Below, one piece after another: positions 1 through 7,769 of a stretch of 64,000 nucleotides of DNA (positions are counted from its first letter, which is position 1; each line of letters opens with the position of its first letter). Both the position numbers and the translations under genes were made by a program. The notes under the pieces were generated by a model. The model ran no database searches and had not been told where the DNA came from. It was given only the letters and a program-made list of their open reading frames with translations. The DNA comes from Dehalococcoidia bacterium (lineage in GTDB: Bacteria > Chloroflexota > Dehalococcoidia > Bin125): assembly GCA_963555985.3 (NCBI GenBank), contig OY820591.1, forward strand, positions 2,304,001 through 2,368,000, read 5' to 3'.

Positions 1-979
1 TGCAGCCGCCCCAGCAGTCCTTCATATGGTTGCCGATGGTCAGAACGACATCAATGCCAGCATTGGCCATCGCGTCGACGGCGCGCGGGTGGCCTGTGAA
101 GATCACGGTTTCGACGCATGGCGTCGGCTTACCTAGGTCGGTCAACGGCAATTCGAGGGGGGCAATGGTGAGATCGGCTGCGAGCGTGAGCTGGCGCACC
201 CCGTTGAACATGGCATCGTAATCGTCGATCGCGTCCAAGACGTGATTGGTGCATCGCACAGGGAGGATCTCACCCGTGATCAGCAGACCAGCGGGATCGA
301 ACGGCGGCTCGATCCGAATTCCCGCGGCTGCGAGCAGGTCGTAGCCTCTCTGGGCGTTGGGCGCTCGCACCCAGCGGACCAGACGCAATGGCGAATCCCT
401 GGCCGGATCTCGATACGGATCGTGCCCGTCAACCGTGAGAGCGAGCACGCCAAATCGAATCGAATCGCTGGGAACCAGAGCGAATGCACCAGGAGTCGCG
501 GCGACCAACTCGATCAACCTATTATCCGGTACAATAATGGCGGCGATGTCGGCCTGCGAGAGGCCGACTGCAGACGCGATGTCGACGGCCTGCGAGCTGG
601 GTAGGTAGACGCTGATCGGTTGAGCGGTACCGCCAACCTGCGACCAGTTGGCAGTATCGCCGCGCAGTATGCTCAACGTCTCTTCGAGCGTGAGATCGAG
701 TACGTCGCGGCGCTGATCGGTAACCGCTGCCCAGTGCGCAAAGACGACTGGTCGGTAACAAGGCGTATGTTGATCGACAACGTCTGGCACTGCCAGGACA
801 CTCGTCCCGGCCGTCAACAGACGATGTGGATCAGTGAGCTTCGCATGCGGCCAGTGGCACGGTGCGGGATGCGCAGAGGCATCCGGACTCAGAAGCAGGA
901 GGAGCGCGCCAGCAACGGTGAGAACGACGAACGACAGTCGGACCACGCGCAACCGCCTTGCGCCGGGATTCGGGCCCAT
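1..979 (-). CDS. CapA/PgsA-family metallophosphatase-like protein with N-terminal signal/TM segment (3' end runs off the window)
   Basis: Not in the ORF track. Manual translation from ATG 979 is open to position 1: MGPNPGARRLRVVRLSFVVLTVAGALLLLLS...LLITGEILPVRC...ADLTIAPLE...AGIDVVLTIGNHMKDCWG, resembling CapA motifs (GD, NLE, ANNH.D.G). Confidence 0.7.
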   Translation of the reverse strand, partial: MGPNPGARRLRVVRLSFVVLTVAGALLLLLSPDASAHPAPCHWPHAKLTDPHRLLTAGTSVLAVPDVVDQHTPCYRPVVFAHWAAVTDQRRDVLDLTLEETLSILRGDTANWSQVGGTAQPISVYLPSSQAVDIASAVGLSQADIAAIIVPDNRLIELVAATPGAFALVPSDSIRFGVLALTVDGHDPYRDPARDSPLRLVRWVRAPNAQRGYDLLAAAGIRIEPPFDPAGLLITGEILPVRCTNHVLDAIDDYDAMFNGVRQLTLAADLTIAPLELPLTDLGKPTPCVETVIFTGHPRAVDAMANAGIDVVLTIGNHMKDCWGGC

Positions 980-1030
980 GGGGCCACTACAATATCGCCA
1001 GTCATTGGCCGTCACGATAAAAACAGTCAG

Positions 1031-2332
1031 CTACTCCCCCACTGACAGACCAACTGCGCCAGCGTCGCGCAGCGCTGTGACCTCCTCATCGCTGTAGCCG
1101 TGCTCGCGCAGGATGTCGTCGCTGTCGCCGTCGAAGATCGGCGAGGGGCCTCTGGCCTCAGGCGGCGAATCCGACATCCGATAGACCGGCCCGACCATCG
1201 ACTCGGGTCCCGTCAGGGGATGCTCGATTTCGGCGATCGCGCCGATCGCCTGAACCTGCGGATCGTCGACCATGTCTTCGGGCAGATTGACCTGAGAGGC
1301 CGGCGCACCGGTCGCGTCCAGCTTCACGATCCAATTGGCGGTCGTGTCACTGCGGAACTGTGCGGCGATGTTCTCTCGCGCCCGATCGACGATGTCGAGT
1401 GCGGCCGGATCGAGGGGATTGAAGCTCTCCAAATCGGTAGAGTCATCCTCCTCGGTCAGGTCAAGCGCCTGGCGAACCTGCCGCCGATTGAGCGGGGTCA
1501 GGCAGCCGAGCATGATCGCGCCATCAGCGGTCTGGTAGCCGCCGTAGTAGAGCGCGAAGGCGGCGCCGATCATTGATCGCACGCCGGTGCGCGCCTCGAG
1601 CAGCTCGCGGTAGGCGCCGCCTCGTTCGCGGATCTGCTGAATAGCTTCGAGCGACGGCTGGAGGAACGTGGCGTCGCTGACCGGCAATCGGGCGATGCCG
1701 AAGTTCTGGAGCGTGAGCGCAGCGCCCAGTAGCGACGTCTCGATTCGTTGGCCTCGACCCGTGCGCTCCCGGTGGAACAAGGCGGCGCAGACGGACATGG
1801 CGCTGGTCCAGGCGGCGCCGTAGTCGGCCGGGGTTGTGGCCGTGATCTGCATCGGGCCGCCGCGTTCATTCAGTTTCTCGTCGCCCGCCATCAGCCCGGA
1901 GTAGGCCTGCGCGATGATGTCAGCGCCGGCTCGGTGGGCAGATGGCCCTTCCGGACCGTAGGCGGTGTTCTGCAAATAGATCAGCCGCTCATTGCGCGCC
2001 CGCAAGGTCTCGTAGTCCACGCCGAGCCGCTGCGCGACACCCGGTCGCGCGTTGATCAGGAAGACATCGAAACCGCGGATCAGTCGGTGAACCACCGCGC
2101 GGCCCTGCTCAGTTTGCAGATTGAGGATGATGCCGCGCTTGCCCCGGTTGTAGACGTGGAAGACCTTCGACTCATTGGGCATGAACTGACCGACGCCGCG
2201 CGTGGCGTCGCCTTGCGGCGACTCGATCTTGACCACGTCAGCGCCGAGATCGGAGAGCATCACACCGCACATCGGCCCGGCGATGATCTGGGTCAGTTCG
2301 AGAACCTTGATCCCGTCGAGCGGACCGGGCAT
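1031..2332 (-). CDS. Family III CoA-transferase (CaiB/BaiF)
   Basis: PLDGIKVLELTQIIAGP, LSDLGADVVKIESPQGD, NRGKR, QAYSGLM and TPADY motifs. Confidence 0.93.
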   Translation of the reverse strand: MPGPLDGIKVLELTQIIAGPMCGVMLSDLGADVVKIESPQGDATRGVGQFMPNESKVFHVYNRGKRGIILNLQTEQGRAVVHRLIRGFDVFLINARPGVAQRLGVDYETLRARNERLIYLQNTAYGPEGPSAHRAGADIIAQAYSGLMAGDEKLNERGGPMQITATTPADYGAAWTSAMSVCAALFHRERTGRGQRIETSLLGAALTLQNFGIARLPVSDATFLQPSLEAIQQIRERGGAYRELLEARTGVRSMIGAAFALYYGGYQTADGAIMLGCLTPLNRRQVRQALDLTEEDDSTDLESFNPLDPAALDIVDRARENIAAQFRSDTTANWIVKLDATGAPASQVNLPEDMVDDPQVQAIGAIAEIEHPLTGPESMVGPVYRMSDSPPEARGPSPIFDGDSDDILREHGYSDEEVTALRDAGAVGLSVGE

Positions 2333-2341
2333 GAGCTACTC

Positions 2342-3643
2342 CTAGTCCTGCGGGGGCAGGCCAATCGCGCCGGAGGCTCGCAAGGCGGCGATCTCCTCGG
2401 CGCTGTAGCCATACTCGGCCAGGACTTCGTCGGTGTCGCCGTCGAGCGGGGGCGCTGCGCCTTCCGCTCGGGGCGGCGTGGCAGACATGTTGAAGGGCGG
2501 GCCAACCATCGTTTCGGGGCCGGTGATCCGGTGCTCAAGATCGGCCATGATGCCCAGGGCCTGCACCTGCGGGTCGTCGATCATCTCCTCGGGGATGTTG
2601 ACCTGGGCGGCGGGCGCGCCAGCGGCGTCGAGCTTGGCGATCCAGTTCTCGGTCGTGTCCGAGGCGAAGCGTTCCGAGATCAAGGCGCGGACACGAGCGA
2701 CGATCTCTTCCGAGCCGTCGGCCAGCGGGTTGAAATCGCCGCTGTCGGTCGGATCGTCGCCAGGCTCCAGTCCGAGTGCATTGCGCACCTGGCTGCGGTT
2801 GGGCGGCGTCACGCAGCCGAGCATGAGCGCGCCGTCGGAGGTCTGGTAGCCGCCGTAGTAGAGGAAGAAGGCGCCGCCGACGAGGGCGCGGAGTCCGCCG
2901 CGCGCGCCGAGCAGTTCGCGGTAGCTGCCGCCGCGTTCGCGGACGGCGGCGAGGCCGTTGAGGATCGGATTGAGCATGATCGCGTCGGAGACCGGCATCC
3001 GCGCAGTGAAGGCATTCTGCAAGACCAGCGCGCCGGCGAGCAGCGAGGTGTCGATCTTCTGGCCCTCGCCGGTGCGCTCGCGGTGGAAGAGCGCCGCGCA
3101 GACGGCGATCGTGCTGGTGAAGGCAGCGGCGAAATCGGCGGGCGTAGTGGCGGTGATCAGATCAGGGCCGCCGTGCTCGTCCACCTTCTCGTCGCCGGCC
3201 ATGAGGCCCGAATAGGCTTGGGCGATGATGTCCGCCCCAGCTCGGTGAGCGGAGGGGCCGGCCGGTCCGTAGGCGGTGTTCTCGAGATAGATCAACGACG
3301 GGTTGAGCGGGCGTAGGCTCTCGTAGTCGATACCCAGCCGCTCGGGCACGCCGGGTCGGGCGTTGATCAGAAAGACGTCCATCTCGGAGATCAGGCGGTG
3401 GACGACGGCCTGCCCGTCCGGGTCCTGGAGGTTGAGCACCATCCCGCGCTTGCCGCGATTGAAAACGTGGAAGCCCTTGCTCTCGCCGGGCGCGATCTGA
3501 CCGAGCAGGCGCATGCCGTCGCCGGCGGCCGATTCGATCTTGATCACGTCCGCGCCCATGTCGGAGAGCATCACTCCGCACATCGGCCCAGCGATGATCT
3601 GCGTGACTTCCAAAACTCTGACGCCATCCAGCGCTCCTGGCAT
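2342..3643 (-). CDS. Family III CoA-transferase (CaiB/BaiF), tandem paralogue
   Basis: Same motifs and same length (433 aa) as the neighbour, with extensive identity. Confidence 0.93.
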   Translation of the reverse strand: MPGALDGVRVLEVTQIIAGPMCGVMLSDMGADVIKIESAAGDGMRLLGQIAPGESKGFHVFNRGKRGMVLNLQDPDGQAVVHRLISEMDVFLINARPGVPERLGIDYESLRPLNPSLIYLENTAYGPAGPSAHRAGADIIAQAYSGLMAGDEKVDEHGGPDLITATTPADFAAAFTSTIAVCAALFHRERTGEGQKIDTSLLAGALVLQNAFTARMPVSDAIMLNPILNGLAAVRERGGSYRELLGARGGLRALVGGAFFLYYGGYQTSDGALMLGCVTPPNRSQVRNALGLEPGDDPTDSGDFNPLADGSEEIVARVRALISERFASDTTENWIAKLDAAGAPAAQVNIPEEMIDDPQVQALGIMADLEHRITGPETMVGPPFNMSATPPRAEGAAPPLDGDTDEVLAEYGYSAEEIAALRASGAIGLPPQD

Positions 3644-3898
3644 CTGGGGCTCCTCTCTCGGTGCAGTCAGATCGAGAGGATAGAGCGGCGCGCGGGAGGC
3701 GTTCGTTCGCTTCGAAGGAGCTCGGTCATGCGGGTTGGTGCTAGCTCAGCGCAGCGATGATTCGCCAACGTCTGTTTCGGCCTGGTCGAGCAAGGCCCAG
3801 ATCGGGGTGAAATCGAAGCTGAAACCGGGCAGGATGTCCTCACCGCCTAGCTGTTCGGGGCGTTCGAGGGATTGCGGCTCCTGATTGGGACGGTAGCT

Positions 3899-5125
3899 CT
3901 AGACAGCGCGGCGTTGGGGATCGACGAGCCAGCCGAGTTGAGCGCCGAAGCCGATCCAATCGGCGACGCGGCCTTGCTGATCGCTAAGCGCGTCGTTGGG
4001 CGAGCGAACTTCGACGACGAAAGCGGGGCAGAGGTTCAGAAACCTCTGCGCGGCGGAGCGCCCCCGGCGGCGGCAAGCTGCTCGGGCGTCATCCAGGAGA
4101 CGTTGGGACCCCAGAGCGGTTTGCGGCTTGGTGGGTTCACATTGCAACTGCAACAACTGCCGACCGAAGACTTCGGCCGGGGAGAGGTAGTCGAGGCACT
4201 GGCGGGGGGTGTTGTTGTACAACTGCAGCACTTCGATCAAACGCGCGAGGCTGAGTTGGGCGAGGTCGAGCCGGCGCGGCAGGACCCGGCGCAGGCGTCC
4301 GATCGCATTCTCGATCCCGCCCTTCTGCCAGGGCGCGTAGGGGTCGCAGAAGAAGGTCTCCACGCCCAGCCGGTGCAGTTCGTAGTGGCGGGCGAACTCG
4401 GTCCCGTTGTCGAACGCGACCGTGCGCCGCAGGGCGGGCGGCCAGGCGCGGAGCAGGCTGAGCAGCAGGCGCGCGACCGGAGCGGCCGCCTTGCCCGCCA
4501 CGGGCAAGCCCACGAGCAGCCGCGAGGAGCGCTCGTGCAGCATCAGCAGGAGCGGACCGCCGCGCCCGAAGAGCATCAGGTCGGCCTCCCAGTGACCGGC
4601 TTCGAGCCGCCCGGCGGCCGCCGCCGGGCGCTCGCTCAGGGGCCGCCGCAGTTGGATGCGCTCGACCGAACTGCCGCCTTTGCGCCCGCGCCAACCGCGT
4701 TTCGCCTTGCGCCGCGGCAGATACTGGCGCCAACCGCCGCCGCGGCCGGGCTTGGCCCGCGAGGCTTGGGCGTAGATGAAGCGATAGATGCTCTCGTGCG
4801 AGATCACCGGCGCGCCCGCCTCGCGCGCCAGCCGGCCTGCGACCTGTTGCGGCGAGAGCCCGCGGGCCAACTCGCGCAGCACCCGCGCGCGCAGCTGATC
4901 GTCGCGTTCCAGCCGCGAACCGCGCCAGCGCCGCGCCTGGGCCTGTTGCTGGGCGTAGTCGGGACGGTAGCCGTCGCGCGCCGTGTTGCGTTTCAGCTCT
5001 CGAGCAATCGTCGATGGCGAGCGATCCAGAGCTGCAGCGATCTGCCGGATCGAGCGCCCCTCGGCCTGTAAGCGGGCAACCGCGCATCGCTCCGCCAGGT
5101 CCAACTGCGTGTACTGCGCGCCCAT
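3899..5125 (-). CDS. IS30-family transposase (reads through the element end into flanking Uma2 sequence)
   Basis: HTH SIRQIAAALDRSPSTIARELKRN, ISHESIYRFIY, and DDE motifs GHWEAD, FDNGTEF, PWQKGGIENAIGRLR. Confidence 0.93.
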   Translation of the reverse strand: MGAQYTQLDLAERCAVARLQAEGRSIRQIAAALDRSPSTIARELKRNTARDGYRPDYAQQQAQARRWRGSRLERDDQLRARVLRELARGLSPQQVAGRLAREAGAPVISHESIYRFIYAQASRAKPGRGGGWRQYLPRRKAKRGWRGRKGGSSVERIQLRRPLSERPAAAAGRLEAGHWEADLMLFGRGGPLLLMLHERSSRLLVGLPVAGKAAAPVARLLLSLLRAWPPALRRTVAFDNGTEFARHYELHRLGVETFFCDPYAPWQKGGIENAIGRLRRVLPRRLDLAQLSLARLIEVLQLYNNTPRQCLDYLSPAEVFGRQLLQLQCEPTKPQTALGSQRLLDDARAACRRRGRSAAQRFLNLCPAFVVEVRSPNDALSDQQGRVADWIGFGAQLGWLVDPQRRAV

Positions 5126-5169
5126 GGGCTCACCTCAATCATCTGTCGCACTTCGTCTGTGAGACTAGG
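4130..5169 (-). mobile_element. IS30-family insertion sequence (1040 bp)
   Basis: Imperfect 26-bp terminal inverted repeats (GGTGGGTTCACATTGCAACTGCAACA at 4130 and TGTCGCACTTCGTCTGTGAGACTAGG ending at 5169). A 3-bp target duplication CTT lies at 4127-4129 and 5170-5172. Confidence 0.88.
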
Positions 5170-5534
5170 CTTTGGTCGTCGCTGAGGTCGAAGCCGGCAC
5201 TGGACTCCTGGACCATGCCGCCGGCGCCGGCCTTGGCCCAGGCTCGGACTTCAGCACAGATTTCCACGCCAATGTACGAGCTTGCTCCGCCTGCGGGCAT
5301 GTTGATCTCCAGCGCTCCGAAGTGTCCGCGTTCCAAGCGCAGGTCCTGGTTGAGGCTGCACAGCTCTTCGAGACAATCGTTGGTCAGCGTCCAAGCTTCG
5401 GGCAGACGGATGCGGATCGGCCAGATCTTGACCGGCATCACCGAGATTTCCGGCTCTCGCGTCAGCCTGGTCGTCATGCGCGGCGCTCCCCTCACATGAC
5501 TATTCAGCCTAGCGACGTAGAGCTGGCGGGGGAG

Positions 5535-6824
5535 TCAGGAAGCCGAAGTGCCGATCGCGCCGGACGCGCGCAACTCCGCGATCCGCTCCGCCGAAAACCC
5601 AAATTCCGACAACACCGCATCCGTCTCCCCATCCAACACCGGCGACGAGCGCGCCGTACCCGTCGGCGTCGCCGACATCTCCACCAGCGCACCCACATGA
5701 CGCTCCGGCCCAGTCAGCGGATGCTCAATCTCCCGCATGATCCCCATCGCCTCTACCTGCGGATCCTCTCCGATCTCCTCCGGCCAGTTCACCGGCGACG
5801 CCGGCGCTCCGGCAGCGTCCAGGCGTTCCATCCACTCCCTCATCGTGCCGCTGCGCAGCTTGGCCGCGATCTGCTCCCGCACCCGCGCCACAATTCCGTC
5901 CGACTCCGGCGCGATCGCGTTGAAGTCGTCGTCATCCGTAGGATCGTCGCTAATCTCCAGGGCGCGCCGGATTTGCGCGCGGTTCTGCGGAGTCAGCGCA
6001 CCGAGAATGATCGCGCCGTCACGCACCGGGTAACCGCCGTAGTACAGGCGGAAGGCCTTGCCTTGGCGTGGCAGATCACGACGCGCAGCGTTCAGCTCGG
6101 CGTAGGATGCGCCCGCCTCACGCATCTGCGAGAGCGCCTCCCGCAGCGGATCAACCAAAATCGCATCGGAGACCGGTACCCGAGAAACCCAGCTGGACTG
6201 GAGCGTGAGACCGGCGGCGAGCAATGACGTCGAGAGAAACTGGCCCTCGCCCGTCCGTTCGCGGTGCCAGAGCGCCGCGCAGACGCCCATCGCCCCACCC
6301 AGCGCAGCCACGTAATCGGCGGGGGCAGTAGCTGTAATGTGCTCAGGCGCCCCGTCCGCGCCAACCTTCATATCGCCCGCCATCAGACCGGAATAGGCCT
6401 GCACCACAATGTCGGAGCCCGCGCGCTCGGCGCTGGGCCCGCGGCTGCCGAAGCCGGTGACGTGGAGGTAGATCAGATCCGGACGGATTGCACTGAGGGT
6501 CTCGTAGTCCATGCCGATGCGTTTGTCGACGCCGGGGCGGACATTGGTGACGAAGACATCGAACTGGGGGATCAACTCGTGCGCGACCTCTCTGCCGGCC
6601 GCTGCCGCCAGGTTGATCACGATCCCGCGCTTGCCCCGGCTCAGAGCATGAAATGCCTTACTCTCGCCCGGCGCGAACTGGCCAATCCGCCGCGCCCCCT
6701 CGCCGCCGGGCGGCTCCAGCTTGATTACCTCTGCGCCCAGATCAGCGAGCGCAGTCCCGCAATACGGCCCGGCGATAATCTGAGCCAGTTCGAGCACCTT
6801 GATGCCGTCGAGCGGACCGGGCAT
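5535..6824 (-). CDS. Family III CoA-transferase (CaiB/BaiF), third paralogue
   Basis: MPGPLDGIKVLELAQIIAGP start at 6824, with the same motifs. Confidence 0.92.
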   Translation of the reverse strand: MPGPLDGIKVLELAQIIAGPYCGTALADLGAEVIKLEPPGGEGARRIGQFAPGESKAFHALSRGKRGIVINLAAAAGREVAHELIPQFDVFVTNVRPGVDKRIGMDYETLSAIRPDLIYLHVTGFGSRGPSAERAGSDIVVQAYSGLMAGDMKVGADGAPEHITATAPADYVAALGGAMGVCAALWHRERTGEGQFLSTSLLAAGLTLQSSWVSRVPVSDAILVDPLREALSQMREAGASYAELNAARRDLPRQGKAFRLYYGGYPVRDGAIILGALTPQNRAQIRRALEISDDPTDDDDFNAIAPESDGIVARVREQIAAKLRSGTMREWMERLDAAGAPASPVNWPEEIGEDPQVEAMGIMREIEHPLTGPERHVGALVEMSATPTGTARSSPVLDGETDAVLSEFGFSAERIAELRASGAIGTSAS

Positions 6825-6904
6825 TGCCAACCTCCCGAGGTTGTTGGGGCAGGGTATGCCAGACGCCCGATTTAGACTGCAAGGCAAAGCTGAAAGAGGG
6901 AACC

Positions 6905-7768
6905 ATGAGCGACTACGAACACATCCTCTACGACCACGACGGCCCCGTCGTCACGATCACCTGGAACAACCCGGAGACCCTGAACGCAATCACGCCCGTG
7001 CTCGAGCGCGAGTTTCATGCCGCGCTCGATCAGGCCAACGCTGATCCGGACGCCCGCGCAATCATCTTCACCGGCGCAGGACGTGCCTTCTCCTCCGGCT
7101 ACAACATCGACGGCGGGATCGACAGTGAGGTAGCCGGCGCGCGCCTGCCCGTCTCCGAGCACCTGGAGCGCTGGTTCAACTTTTCGACCAAGAACCCAGA
7201 CATGATGATGCACCTGATGACGCTGGAGACGCCGATCATCGCGGCGGTCAACGGCTGGTGCATCGGCGGCGGCTTCTGGTACGCGCTGGCGGCGGATATC
7301 ACGATTGCCTCCGATCGCGCGGTCTTCGCCCAGCCGGAGGTGCGGATGATCTCGAATTCGTCCGTGCTGTTCGGGATTCTCGCAGGCTGGAAGGTCGCGC
7401 ACCGCTACGCGCTGACCGGCGACCACTTCGACGCCCAGGAAGCCCTCCGGATCGGCGTGATCAACGAGATCGCGCCAGCCGAAGATTTGATGGAGCGTGC
7501 AGACGCGCTGGCGCGGCGGCTAGCGCTAGTACCGGCTCACTCGGTTCGCTACAACAAGCTGATTACGGCTAGAGGCCTGGAGGCGATGGGTCTGCGCAAC
7601 GCGCTTAACGTCGGCTCGATGCTCTCCACCCTCGTCGAAGCCTCCGCCGACGGTCCCCAGGTGGAGCACCTGGACGAAGCCCGTCGCCAAGGCGGCTTCG
7701 GCGCGTTCCTGCGAGCGCGGGACGAACCATTCCGCCCCGAGCCGTTTGGCCCGCGCAGCGAGCGTTAG
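6905..7768 (+). CDS. Enoyl-CoA hydratase/isomerase (crotonase) family protein
   Basis: ITWNNPETLNA, FTGAGRAFSSG, PIIAAVNGWCIGGG and FAQPEV. RBS GAGGG precedes ATG 6905. Confidence 0.92.
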   Translation: MSDYEHILYDHDGPVVTITWNNPETLNAITPVLEREFHAALDQANADPDARAIIFTGAGRAFSSGYNIDGGIDSEVAGARLPVSEHLERWFNFSTKNPDMMMHLMTLETPIIAAVNGWCIGGGFWYALAADITIASDRAVFAQPEVRMISNSSVLFGILAGWKVAHRYALTGDHFDAQEALRIGVINEIAPAEDLMERADALARRLALVPAHSVRYNKLITARGLEAMGLRNALNVGSMLSTLVEASADGPQVEHLDEARRQGGFGAFLRARDEPFRPEPFGPRSER

Positions 7769-7769
7769 C

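Larger units (their letters stand above)
3746..5477 (-). pseudogene. Uma2-family (DUF820) endonuclease, interrupted by IS30, with a frameshift and a premature TAG
   Basis: 5' part MTTRLTRE...SSAGFDLSDDQS (RBS GAGGGGAG). Removing the IS restores in-frame DDQSRKPLWGPNVSW. A frameshift near 4040-4065 precedes LCPAFVVEVRSPND...LGWLVDP, then TAG at 3899-3901, then SYRP...GEDILPGFSFDFTPIW to TGA at 3746. Confidence 0.88.

Noticed and set aside
1748-3316. Long antisense or alternate-frame ORFs (also 46503-48614, 53947-55161, 60310-62043 and many others)
   Set aside because: They are shadows of well-supported genes in high-GC DNA and carry no motifs.
3899-3901. In-frame TAG in Uma2 as possible pyrrolysine or read-through
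   Set aside because: The gene also has an IS insertion and a frameshift, so simple decay explains it.
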